Assembly (NCBI GenBank): GCA_963833985.1
Contig: CAWIAD010000002.1
Span: 3,456,001-3,520,000, forward strand
Direction of reading: 5' to 3'
Origin: an uncultured Planctomycetaceae bacterium
GTDB lineage: Bacteria > Planctomycetota > Planctomycetia > Isosphaerales > Isosphaeraceae
Length of the DNA stretch: 64,000 nt
Part shown: positions 44,877 to 53,650 of the stretch, piece by piece
How the letters are laid out: each line of letters starts with the position of its first letter
Numbering within the stretch: position 1 is the stretch's first letter
The notes under the pieces: generated by a model
Databases searched by the model: none
The model's input: only the letters and a program-made list of their open reading frames with translations
Told to the model about the DNA's origin: nothing
Made by a program: the position numbers and the translations under genes

Positions 44877-45455
44877 ATGATCAGGATCTTGCTCGGCGGC
44901 GTTGTCGGGGGAATCGTCCTCTTCTTCTGGGGATTCGTGGCGCACATGCTGCTTCCCCTTGGAGAGCTGGGCCTGAAGACCCTGCCGAAGGAGGACGACC
45001 TGGTTGCTGCGATCAAGAAGGAGGTCGGCGAACCGGGGCTGTACTTCGTGCCTGGAAGAGACATGAACAAGTCTCAGTCCCAGGAGGAGATGGAAGCGTA
45101 CATGACGAAGATCACCAGCGGTCCTTACGGCTTCATGGTACTTTACCCCAACGGGCGCGACCCGTCCCTGGGGAAGCGCTTGCCCATCGAGCTTGGAACC
45201 AACATCGTCTGCGCTCTCCTGGCCGCCATCCTCGTGTCTCAGATCCGTCCCGGTTTCCCGGTGCGGGTGACGTGTGTGACCCTCGTCGGCATTCTCGCCT
45301 CCGTCATGACCCTGGTGCCCTACTGGAACTGGTACGGCTTCCCGACCGATTACACCCTGGCCCAGATCGCAGAGAATACCATTGGCTGGCTGCTGGCGGG
45401 TGCTGCGCTCGCCCTCATCGTACGCAGCCCGACCATGAAGCCGGAGATGGCTTGA
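44877..45455 (+). CDS. membrane hypothetical protein
   Basis: four hydrophobic segments, YWNWYGFP motif, RBS AGGAG. Confidence 0.8.
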   Translation: MIRILLGGVVGGIVLFFWGFVAHMLLPLGELGLKTLPKEDDLVAAIKKEVGEPGLYFVPGRDMNKSQSQEEMEAYMTKITSGPYGFMVLYPNGRDPSLGKRLPIELGTNIVCALLAAILVSQIRPGFPVRVTCVTLVGILASVMTLVPYWNWYGFPTDYTLAQIAENTIGWLLAGAALALIVRSPTMKPEMA

Positions 45456-45489
45456 TTGGTGATGCCGGGGTCCGCGTCGGAGTCATCTC

Positions 45490-46008
45490 ATGCAGGTCCA
45501 ATCCGCCCTCAAGTCTCAGTATCATGCGGCGCTGAAGACTCTCCGTGAGGCGGTCGACAGGTGTCCGGACACAATGTGGTCCCACTCCGACGACGGCTCC
45601 GCCCCGTTCTGGCGTGTGGCCTACCACACGTTGTTCTTCACGCACCTGTACCTCCAGCAGGAACAGAAGGCGTTCACGCCCTGGTCAAGGCATCGCAACG
45701 AGGCGCAATACATCGCCAGCGTGCCCTGGGAGGACCACCGTCCGCCGAAGCCGTGTGAGCCGTACACGCGCACGGACATTCTGGAATACTGGCGGGAGTG
45801 CGATGACATGGTCGATGCCGGCATCGATGCCCTGGACCTGTCGGCCCCACAGTGCGGCTTCCCCTGGTACCAGATGTCGACCTTCGAGCACCAGATCCTG
45901 AACATCCGGCACGTCCAGCATCACGCGGCCGTGCTGTCGAGCCGGCTGCGGCGAGCGGCCGGCATCGCGGTCCCCTGGGTCGGCCGCGGATCGCCATCCG
46001 AAGAGTGA
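45490..46008 (+). CDS. DinB family protein
   Basis: CPDTMW, FWRVAYHTLFF, NIRHVQHHAA. Confidence 0.8.
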   Translation: MQVQSALKSQYHAALKTLREAVDRCPDTMWSHSDDGSAPFWRVAYHTLFFTHLYLQQEQKAFTPWSRHRNEAQYIASVPWEDHRPPKPCEPYTRTDILEYWRECDDMVDAGIDALDLSAPQCGFPWYQMSTFEHQILNIRHVQHHAAVLSSRLRRAAGIAVPWVGRGSPSEE

Positions 46009-46181
46009 ACGGACCGGTCTTCTCGACGTCCACGGACCCCGGGGGCAGCGATCGCTGCAAGCCGAAGAGAGACTCCATCGAGGTTGCGGGCGGCGGTCCA
46101 TGGGCTGGTCCGGTTTCCGCCCCGGCCACGGCCTGCCTCGTGAAACCGGCGTTCATGGAATTCCGAAAGGCCCTGATCAAG

Positions 46182-46916
46182 ATGAGTGTTCAACCCGCGC
46201 AGGACGGTTCAAGCCAGCGCCATCGGCTGGATCATGGAAGGATCATCGAGTGTGCCGAGACGCTGGCGCGGCGCGTGAGCGATCGCCTGCCGCAGAGCCA
46301 GCTCGCGGAGCTGGCCCACGAACTGCTGCGGATCGCCCGCGTCACCGACGCGCGCGCCAGGCAGGCGCGGCAGCCCATCTACACGATCAGGGCCGCCTGT
46401 GCCGGGGCGATCGTCGTCTGCCTGTCGGCGTTCGGTTATCTCTTCTGGCATGTTCGTACGCGCTGGGAGTTCGCCACGATCACGGAGCTGTTCGAGGCGA
46501 CCGATGCCGGTTTCAACGTCCTGGTGATGCTTGCAGGCGCGCTCTGGTTTTTGGTCACGCTCGAAAACCGCGTGAAGCGAAACCGGGCCATGGCGTCTCT
46601 TGGAGAGCTGCTCGACCTGATCCACGTCATCGATCTCACGCAGATCTACTACACGCCGGAGCTTTACCAGGACGAAACCCTGCCGGCACGCAGCCCGTTC
46701 TCCTTCGACCATACCTATCTGCTGTTCTGCACGGAGATGCTCGCGGTGATCCGCAACCTCGCTCCGCTGTACGCCAGGGGGAGCGTGAGCGACTCGATCT
46801 GGCGAGCGGTCTCGGAAGTCGTGATGCTGGCCAACGCCATCGAGGATCGGCTCTTCTCCAAGGCCGAGGTCGTTCGCCTGGCTACGGCGGCGGCGAGGGT
46901 CACGGAGACGAGCTGA
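46182..46916 (+). CDS. membrane hypothetical protein
   Basis: two TM segments, LIHVIDLTQ and YLLFCTEML motifs; start codon uncertain. Confidence 0.7.
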   Translation: MSVQPAQDGSSQRHRLDHGRIIECAETLARRVSDRLPQSQLAELAHELLRIARVTDARARQARQPIYTIRAACAGAIVVCLSAFGYLFWHVRTRWEFATITELFEATDAGFNVLVMLAGALWFLVTLENRVKRNRAMASLGELLDLIHVIDLTQIYYTPELYQDETLPARSPFSFDHTYLLFCTEMLAVIRNLAPLYARGSVSDSIWRAVSEVVMLANAIEDRLFSKAEVVRLATAAARVTETS

Positions 46917-47036
46917 GGCGCGTTGGATTCGGCGATCGGGCCCCTGAGCCGGCAGTCTGTCGAACGGCGCCGCGGTGCCGCGCTTCATCGTTCTGTGCCG
47001 GCACGGCGGGAAAAGCGGGCTGGCCGAATGGTGCTT

Positions 47037-47777
47037 TCATGCGGTTTCTCCTGCCCCGGGGCGGTCGAGCGCTGACCATCCAAAGTTCAGAAGCGGCAGC
47101 GCGGCCTCGGCGAACCCGGCGATTTCCTGGATCAGGCGTGGCCGGCCCAGGATATCCTCGGAGAGGGGCCGCTTGACGACGAAGGACCTGAGCTTCACGT
47201 TCTCTGCCGCGGGACCGTCCGCAACGTGCTCGAAGCCGCGCGGCAGGCGCTTCAGAGCGTCTTCGCGGCCCAGCGTCAGCCGGGCCTTCCGGAGCGCTTG
47301 CTCCACCCGCTGGAATTCGTCCGGAGAACCGGCGATCGACCGCCGCAGGGCAAGGAGCGGCCCGGCCTCCGGGCAGTAGAAGCCGGCCGCGGTGAACGAC
47401 CCCTCTGGCGCGACGTGAATGTAGAGCAAGCCTGGAGAGCTCTTGGATCCGTCGCGCGTGAGCACCGCGCCGGCGTGGGTCTTGTAGGGGCTCTTGTCGC
47501 TGGAGAAGCGGACGTCGCGGTGGATCCGGAAGATCGACCGCTTCGGATCGCCGATCAAGGGGATGTCTCGCCGCGCGAGCTCTGCCGCCAGGGCCGTGAC
47601 GAGCGCCGCCATCGGCCGCTGGACTTCCTGTTCGTAGATCGCCTGGTGCTCCTGAAACCACGCCCGGTCCTGGTGCAGGGCGAGGTCGTGGAAGAACCCT
47701 AATGCCTGCGGGGCGAATCCCTGAAACGGCTCCGGCGCGTGGTCGGCTGGTGCGGGCTTGCTGGGCGTGCGAGGCAT
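47037..47777 (-). CDS. DUF2461/TIGR02453 family protein
   Basis: FRIHRDVRFSSDKSPYKTH, LKRLPRGF. Confidence 0.9.
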   Translation of the reverse strand: MPRTPSKPAPADHAPEPFQGFAPQALGFFHDLALHQDRAWFQEHQAIYEQEVQRPMAALVTALAAELARRDIPLIGDPKRSIFRIHRDVRFSSDKSPYKTHAGAVLTRDGSKSSPGLLYIHVAPEGSFTAAGFYCPEAGPLLALRRSIAGSPDEFQRVEQALRKARLTLGREDALKRLPRGFEHVADGPAAENVKLRSFVVKRPLSEDILGRPRLIQEIAGFAEAALPLLNFGWSALDRPGAGETA

Positions 47778-47796
47778 GCGCGTGCTCCCTCAAAAC

Positions 47797-47824
47797 GTGG
47801 GCGGCCAGAAGTGGGCGGCCAGAA
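47797..47824. repeat. 14-bp perfect tandem duplication GTGGGCGGCCAGAA x2
   Basis: read directly from the sequence. Confidence 0.85.
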
Positions 47825-47855
47825 GAATGATCCTAAATAGGTCCACACCACCTGG

Positions 47856-47914
47856 AAAGTGGGACAGCCGCCCTCGGCTGTCGTTCCCAGCCGAGGGCGG
47901 CTGGGCCACACTTT
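47856..47914. repeat. GTGG-type REP-like hairpin doublet
   Basis: GTGG + GACAGCCG-CCCT-CGGCTGTC palindrome; AGCCGCCCTCGGCTG / CAGCCGAGGGCGGCT perfect 15-bp inverted repeat. Confidence 0.7.
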
Positions 47915-48192
47915 CCCGTTTCCAAGCTTCTATTTAGCGGAACGGAGACGTGATCGCCCGTCCCGGGCGCGGGCAAATAGACGAAAACCCGTTCGATGAA
48001 GCGGCGTGCCCGCGGCCCGAATTGACCGATCGCTTCCCCTCAATCCCGGCAATCGCCAATAATAAGAGATCCGGACAGGCGAACATGATGGCAAGGAGAT
48101 CGGATTGCGCGCGAAGATTTGCCTGCGGACGATCTCTGGTGTTCCAATCATTCAGGGCGTCGACGACATCGCGAGCAACGGGAGCCCCTGAC

Positions 48193-49863
48193 GTGTCTGA
48201 CGGTGAAGGCCTCAAGCGAGTTTACGGGATTGACCTGGGAACGACGTACTCGGCCATCGCGTACGTGGACGAGCACGGCAAGGCGGTGATCGTCCCCAAC
48301 CAGGAGAGCGAGCGGATCACGCCCTCGGTCGTGCTTTTCGACGGCGACAACATCATCGTGGGCAACACCGCCAAGGAGTCGGCCAAGGTCGAGCCGCACC
48401 GGGTCGTCTCGCGCATCAAGCAGCACATGGGCGACCCGAATTTCGTCTTCCAGTACTCGGGGCAATCGTTTGGCCCCGAGGACATCTCGTCGTTCATCCT
48501 CCGCAAGGTGGCGGGCGACGCCCAGATCGTCACCGGTGAGGCGATCACCGACGTCGTCATCACCTGCCCGGCCTACTTCGGTACGCCCGAGCGCGAGGCG
48601 ACCGCCAACGCCGGACGCCTGGCGGGGCTGAACGTGCGCGCCATCCTGAATGAGCCGACGGCGGCGGCCATTGCCTACGGCCTGGAGCAGGGGGAGGACC
48701 AGACGGTCCTGGTGTACGACCTGGGCGGAGGCACGTTCGACATCACGATGATCGAGATCAAGGATCGACTCATCCGCGTGATCTGCACCGGCGGCGATCA
48801 TCGCCTGGGAGGCGTGCTCTGGGACGAGGCCATCGTCATGTACCTGGCCGAGCAGTTCCGGCAGCAGACCGCCGAGGAATCGGACCCGCTGGACGATCCG
48901 GAAGTCCTCAATGACCTGTTCCTCCAGGCAGAGCGCGGCAAGAAGACGCTCACCCAGCGCGAGAAGGCGCCATTCCGGGTGACCCACGCCGGCAAGCAGG
49001 CCCGCGTCGAGCTCGACCGCCCCAAGTTCGAGGAGATCACGCGGCACCTGCTGGACCGCACCGTCGAGCTGACGCGCGAGATGCTTGCAGACGCCCGTAC
49101 CAAGGGCCACACAACGTTTGACAAGGTCATCCTGGTGGGCGGAGCGACGCGCATGCCTCAGGTCAATGACCGCCTGGTCGCCGAGTTCAATCTTCAGCCC
49201 GAGATCTACGATCCCGATGAGGCCGTGGCCAAGGGTGCCGCGCTCTACGGGCTGAAGGAGTCGCTGCACGACGAGGTCCAGGAGATTCTCGCGAGCCGCG
49301 AGCTGGGCCAGGCCGGCGTCACCGGCCCGATCGACCTGAGCGACGTCCCCGAACAAGCGGTCGCCGAGGCGCTCGACCACCTGGAGAAGCAGCTCGGGTT
49401 CACGCTCACCGGACCGGTGCGCGAGCTGGTGGGCACGCGCATCGTGAACGTCCTGTCCAAGAGCCTGGGCGTGGTGGCGCGCGACCAGGAGAGCCGGGAC
49501 GTGGTCGTCTACCTCTTGCCTCGCAACACCGAGGTGCCCATGGAGCGGATGAGCGACTTCGGCACCGACGCCGACAACCAGTCGGCCGTTGACATCCGGG
49601 TCATGTCCGGCGAACGCGACAGTACCGAGCCGGCGGACTGCCAGGAAGTCGGCGTCGCCACGCTCAACCTCCCCGAAAAGCTTCCCGCACGCAGCCCCAT
49701 CCGCGTCAAGTTCGCCATCAACCAGGACGGCCGCCTGAACGTCTCGGCCGTGGACCTGACTGCCGGCGGCTCGATCGACGTCGAGTTCCAGACCGAGGCC
49801 GTGATGAACGCCGAGCAGGTCGAGGAACGATCCACGGCGCTGCGGTTGTTGACGGTGTCATGA
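48193..49863 (+). CDS. Hsp70 family protein (non-housekeeping paralog, no helical lid)
   Basis: [43 protein letters not shown]; ends soon after the beta substrate-binding domain; GTG start with GGAG RBS. Confidence 0.92.
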   Translation: MSDGEGLKRVYGIDLGTTYSAIAYVDEHGKAVIVPNQESERITPSVVLFDGDNIIVGNTAKESAKVEPHRVVSRIKQHMGDPNFVFQYSGQSFGPEDISSFILRKVAGDAQIVTGEAITDVVITCPAYFGTPEREATANAGRLAGLNVRAILNEPTAAAIAYGLEQGEDQTVLVYDLGGGTFDITMIEIKDRLIRVICTGGDHRLGGVLWDEAIVMYLAEQFRQQTAEESDPLDDPEVLNDLFLQAERGKKTLTQREKAPFRVTHAGKQARVELDRPKFEEITRHLLDRTVELTREMLADARTKGHTTFDKVILVGGATRMPQVNDRLVAEFNLQPEIYDPDEAVAKGAALYGLKESLHDEVQEILASRELGQAGVTGPIDLSDVPEQAVAEALDHLEKQLGFTLTGPVRELVGTRIVNVLSKSLGVVARDQESRDVVVYLLPRNTEVPMERMSDFGTDADNQSAVDIRVMSGERDSTEPADCQEVGVATLNLPEKLPARSPIRVKFAINQDGRLNVSAVDLTAGGSIDVEFQTEAVMNAEQVEERSTALRLLTVS

Positions 49864-49874
49864 AGGAGAAAGGA

Positions 49875-50018
49875 ATGTCGACCGCGGAGACCGCAGCTTT
49901 CATACGCGATGACCAACCCGGCACCGACACCCAGTGGGCCAGGGCCCTCCGGCAATGGGTGCGCGAAACGATCCTGCGGCGGGCACGATCCGCCGACCAG
50001 GGGTCCAGGAATCCATGA
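49875..50018 (+). pseudogene. internally deleted Uma2-family remnant (47-aa mini-ORF)
   Basis: MSTAETAAFIRDDQPGTDTQWARALRQWVRETILRR resembles the C-termini of both Uma2 genes ([38 protein letters not shown]); strong RBS; ATGA overlap with MNT. Confidence 0.65.
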
Positions 50019-50383
50019 CATCATCCCTGGCGGGGCAACTCGACGAGATCATCCGGCGCCTCGTTGCTGAGCTTGATCCGGATCGTGTCATGCTCTTCGG
50101 GTCGCACGCGTGGGGCCATCACGCCGAGGACAGCGACGTCGATCTTCTCGTCATCATCCCGGAGACGAAGGAACCTTCCGCATCGCGGGCTGCCCGGGCC
50201 CACCGCTGCTTGCGGGGCATTCCCCTTGCCATGGACCTGATCGTCAAGACGCGACAGGAGATGGACCGCTTCGGCGGCGTCGCGGGTTCCCTTGAAGCCG
50301 AGATTCTCAGCCGGGGAAAGGTTTTGTATGGACGAAGCGAAACGAGAGCTCGTGCAGAGCTGGCTCCGCAAGGCCGTCCATGA
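50015..50383 (+). CDS. minimal nucleotidyltransferase (MNT) 1
   Basis: LFGSHAWG...DSDVDLLV. Confidence 0.9.
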   Translation: MTSSLAGQLDEIIRRLVAELDPDRVMLFGSHAWGHHAEDSDVDLLVIIPETKEPSASRAARAHRCLRGIPLAMDLIVKTRQEMDRFGGVAGSLEAEILSRGKVLYGRSETRARAELAPQGRP

Positions 50384-50741
50384 CCTGAAGGCGGCCGGAT
50401 TGCTGGGCAAGAGCGACCCTCCACTCCTGGACGCGGCATTGTATCATTGTCAGGAAGCCGCGGAGAAAGCACTGAAAGGGTTTCTGGTCTACTTTGACCA
50501 GAGAGCGGGTCAGGTTCATGACGTTGGTCTTCTTCTGGAGCAGGCCGGGTCGATTGAACCGGTGCTCGCGACCTGGCACGACGCGGCCGATCGCCTCACT
50601 CCGCTCGCAGCCATGTATCGATACCCGATTTCATGGGACGAGCCTTTGCCGGAGCAATTCGAGGAAGCCTACCAGGATGCGGAGACGATCGTCAGACAGG
50701 TCCTCACGTTCTTACCCGGTGTCGTCCGTCCCGAGGCCTGA
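50328..50741 (+). CDS. HEPN domain protein 1
   Basis: WLRKAVHDL, YHCQEAAEKALK, HD, YRYP; overlaps MNT1. Confidence 0.9.
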   Translation: MDEAKRELVQSWLRKAVHDLKAAGLLGKSDPPLLDAALYHCQEAAEKALKGFLVYFDQRAGQVHDVGLLLEQAGSIEPVLATWHDAADRLTPLAAMYRYPISWDEPLPEQFEEAYQDAETIVRQVLTFLPGVVRPEA

Positions 50742-50843
50742 AAAGGAACCCGACCATGGCAACCGCCCTTGAGACTGCGGCCAGAACCGGCGCCGGCGAA
50801 CAACGCGTGCTCATCCGCGGGGTCGGCTGGCAGGGCTACCAGG
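50605..50843 (+). repeat. 239-bp direct repeat copy 1 (HEPN1 3' end + Uma2 5' end)
   Basis: matches 51627-51865 with about 3 mismatches. Confidence 0.92.
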
Positions 50844-51460
50844 AACTGCTGCGGATGGTAGGAAACCAACCGGTTCGCCTTACCTACGACCGGGGAGAAG
50901 TGGAGCTCATGTCGCCGCTGTACCGGCACGAAAGAAATCGCACACGCCTGGCTCGAATCGTCGAAATCCTGGCCGAGGAGTTGGGCATTCCCCTCATTGC
51001 CGCCGGTTCGACCACTCTCAATCGCGAGGACCTCGATCGCGGTCTCGAGGCAGACGCCGCGTTCTACCTGGGCGATCTGACGCGGATCAAAGACCGGGAT
51101 GAGCTTGATCTGGAGTCTGACCCGCCACCGGACCTTGCGATCGAGATCGAGATCACTCACTCTGTACTCAGCAGACTGGGTATCTACGGCGCGCTCGGTG
51201 TTCCCGAAATCTGGAGGTTCGACGGCAAGATCTTACGAATCCTCGCTCGCCAGGCGGACGGTTCTTATCGTGAGGCCCCCGGCAGCAAGTTCATGCCCTG
51301 GTTCTCGATCGCTGAGATCGCTCAATCCATGCGGCTCGAGGAGGACCGTGACGACAGCCAATGGGCTCGAGCGTTCCGAGCGTGGATCGCAGAGGTTGTG
51401 GCGCCGCGACTCAGGCAGGTCGACGATGATCGCACAGGGATTGCCAACGTGAGTACCTGA
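50756..51460 (+). CDS. Uma2 family endonuclease 1
   Basis: [48 protein letters not shown]. Confidence 0.92.
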   Translation: MATALETAARTGAGEQRVLIRGVGWQGYQELLRMVGNQPVRLTYDRGEVELMSPLYRHERNRTRLARIVEILAEELGIPLIAAGSTTLNREDLDRGLEADAAFYLGDLTRIKDRDELDLESDPPPDLAIEIEITHSVLSRLGIYGALGVPEIWRFDGKILRILARQADGSYREAPGSKFMPWFSIAEIAQSMRLEEDRDDSQWARAFRAWIAEVVAPRLRQVDDDRTGIANVST

Positions 51461-51461
51461 C

Positions 51462-51626
51462 ATGTCTACCTTCGTCGGCATTGACCTGGGCACCACCAAC
51501 TCCGTCGTGGCGTATCGCAACCGCTACGGCCGTCCGGAGGTGATCGCCAACCGCGAGGGGCAGAACATCACGCCGTCGGTGACCTACTTCGGCAGTTCAC
51601 CCCTTCACTCAAGTCGGCGAGGCACA
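51462..51626 (+). repeat. hsp70-vWA 5' fragment copy A (133 bp) plus 32-bp tail
   Basis: 51462-51594 matches 53651-53783 with 2 mismatches; tail GTTCACCCCTTCACTCAAGTCGGCGAGGCACA shared with copy B. Confidence 0.95.
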
Positions 51627-51865
51627 TCGCAGCCATGTATCGATACCCGATTTCATGGGACGAGCCTTTGCCGGAGCAATTCGAGGAAGCCTACCAGGAT
51701 GCGGAGACGATTGTCAGACAGGTCCTCACCTTCTTACCCGGTGTCGTCCGTCCCGAGGCCTGAAAAGGAACCCGACCATGGCAACCGCCCTTGAGACTGC
51801 GGCCAGAACCGGCGCCGGCGAACAGCGCGTGCTCATCCGCGGGGTCGGCTGGCAGGGCTACCAGG
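51627..51865 (+). repeat. 239-bp direct repeat copy 2 (truncated HEPN1 3' end + Uma2 5' end)
   Basis: matches 50605-50843. Confidence 0.92.
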
Positions 51866-52452
51866 CTCTCATGGAAATGGTGGCCGAACAGCCGCTCCGG
51901 CTCACCTACGATCAGGGAGATCTTGAGCTGATGTCGCCCTTGTTCAAGCATGAGCGCCATCGATGTCTCCTGGCCCGGATCGTGGAAATCATCACGGTTG
52001 AACTTCAGATACCGAGGCTCACCGCGGGGTCGACAACGCTGAAACGACAGGACCTTGACCGCGGACTGGAGGCCGACGCGGCGTTTTACCTGGGTGACCT
52101 GTCGCGCATCTCCAACCGGGATGATCTCAACCTCGATGTGGACCCACCACCCGATCTCGCCATCGAGGTCGAGATCACGCGATCGGTACTCAGCAGGCTA
52201 GGAATCTACGGGGCCCTGGGTGTTCCAGAGATCTGGAGATTCGATGGTCGAACGTTACGGATTCTCGAACGGCAGATCGATGGATCATATCAGGAAACCA
52301 CGACGAGTAAGGTATTACCCTTTGTTTCTGTCCATGAGATAATGCAATTGGCGACAGAGGACCAACCGGACGAGTCTCGCTGGGAGCTAAGCGTGAGGCA
52401 GTGGGTCCAGGATGTCGTCTTGCCCAGGCTCCCTCGGGACGGGAGTGAATGA
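51778..52452 (+). CDS. Uma2 family endonuclease 2
   Basis: same N-terminus as Uma2-1, diverged body; [26 protein letters not shown]. Confidence 0.92.
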   Translation: MATALETAARTGAGEQRVLIRGVGWQGYQALMEMVAEQPLRLTYDQGDLELMSPLFKHERHRCLLARIVEIITVELQIPRLTAGSTTLKRQDLDRGLEADAAFYLGDLSRISNRDDLNLDVDPPPDLAIEVEITRSVLSRLGIYGALGVPEIWRFDGRTLRILERQIDGSYQETTTSKVLPFVSVHEIMQLATEDQPDESRWELSVRQWVQDVVLPRLPRDGSE

Positions 52453-52460
52453 CCTCGGCC

Positions 52461-52625
52461 ATGTCCACCTTCGTCGGCATTGACCTGGGCACCACCAACT
52501 CCGTCGTGGCGTATCGCAACCGCTACGGCCATCCGGAGGTGATCGCCAATCGCGAGGGGCAGAACATCACGCCGTCGGTGACCTACTTCGGCAGTTCACC
52601 CCTTCACTCGAGTCGGCGAGGCACA
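52461..52625 (+). repeat. hsp70-vWA 5' fragment copy B (133 bp) plus 32-bp tail
   Basis: 52461-52593 matches 53651-53783 with about 5 mismatches; same tail as copy A (1 mismatch). Confidence 0.95.
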
Positions 52626-52678
52626 CGAGATCACCCAATGGGCGCACAAACCGGCAGTTGAGGAGCGAGAAGCTGACG

Positions 52679-53047
52679 ATGAGTGAACCGACCTGCGAAC
52701 CACTGGCCGAGATCACCCGGCGTCTGGTGGCCGAGCTCAATCCGGATCAAATCATTCTTTTCGGCTCGCGCGCGTGGGGACATCCCCGGGAGGATAGTGA
52801 TTACGATCTCTTCGTGGTTGTGCCTGAGGGTGGAATCGACGCGCTTCATCTCGCGGTCAAGGCGCATGAGTGCCTGAGCGACCTGGGCATCTCGAAGGAT
52901 GTGCTCGTCAGTACTCGGGAGAGGTTCGATCGCTTCAGTCGCGTCCCAGCTTCGCTGGAAGCGAAGATCCGCAGTCGAGGACTGGTGCTGTATGGACGAG
53001 GCCAAAAGGGAGCTGGTTCAACAATGGCTACGCAAGGCGTCGCATGA
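52679..53047 (+). CDS. minimal nucleotidyltransferase (MNT) 2
   Basis: ILFGSRAWG...DSDYDLFV; RBS GAGGAG. Confidence 0.9.
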   Translation: MSEPTCEPLAEITRRLVAELNPDQIILFGSRAWGHPREDSDYDLFVVVPEGGIDALHLAVKAHECLSDLGISKDVLVSTRERFDRFSRVPASLEAKIRSRGLVLYGRGQKGAGSTMATQGVA

Positions 53048-53408
53048 TCTGATCGCGGCTCGATCGCTCTCCCGAACAGAGCCGACTGTTAGGGACGTGG
53101 CGATTTATCATTGCCAGCAAGCGGCCGAGAAGGCCCTGAAAGCCTTTCTCGTCTTCAACGATCGGGAACCCGACCTGACTCACGATGTCGATCGACTCCT
53201 CGTTCAGGCTGCGGCCTTGAACTCCTCCTTCGCGGCGAGTCGACCGGCCGGCAGACGACTAACACCCTATGCAACACTGTATCGATATCCAAGTGGGAGC
53301 CTGGAGCCGAGCCTGGAACATCTCAACGAGGCTTTGCTTGATGCAGCCTCGATCTTCGATCAGACTCTTTCTTTCCTACCGGTGGACGTTCACCCTGACA
53401 GGGTTTGA
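52992..53408 (+). CDS. HEPN domain protein 2
   Basis: WLRKASHDL, YHCQQAAEKALK, THD, YRYP. Confidence 0.9.
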   Translation: MDEAKRELVQQWLRKASHDLIAARSLSRTEPTVRDVAIYHCQQAAEKALKAFLVFNDREPDLTHDVDRLLVQAAALNSSFAASRPAGRRLTPYATLYRYPSGSLEPSLEHLNEALLDAASIFDQTLSFLPVDVHPDRV

Positions 53409-53632
53409 TCGTGCTGAATGACCAGGATGGGTGCCGAAAAGAGACTGGTCAAGGGTTCGCTCATGTTCACTACCTTTTCTCACTTGACGGTCCAGGACGA
53501 CCGGCGCCAACACGCCCAAGCGACCTGGCGATTGTTTGCCCGAACTGTCACGCGATGATCCGTCGAGGGGGAGAGAACAGGCCCCTCGCAGGTCCTATTC
53601 CGGCGTCCCACGCAGACCCCTCCAAACACTGA
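53405..53632 (+). pseudogene. McrA-like HNH endonuclease C-terminal remnant
   Basis: GQGFAHVHY...SDLAIVCPNCHAMIR resembles the HNH pattern GF.HVHH...DL..VCPNCHAM.H; N-terminal part missing and His positions substituted. Confidence 0.7.
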
Positions 53633-53650
53633 GGTTTTGTCGAGTCTTCC

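Noticed and set aside
48193..49863. Housekeeping dnaK
   Set aside because: It lacks the helical lid and acidic tail, has no grpE/dnaJ/hrcA context, and its substrate-binding domain is divergent.
49864..53650. Classical integron cassette array
   Set aside because: No tyrosine integrase, and no attC-like RYYYAAC...GTTRRRY palindromes were recognised between the genes.
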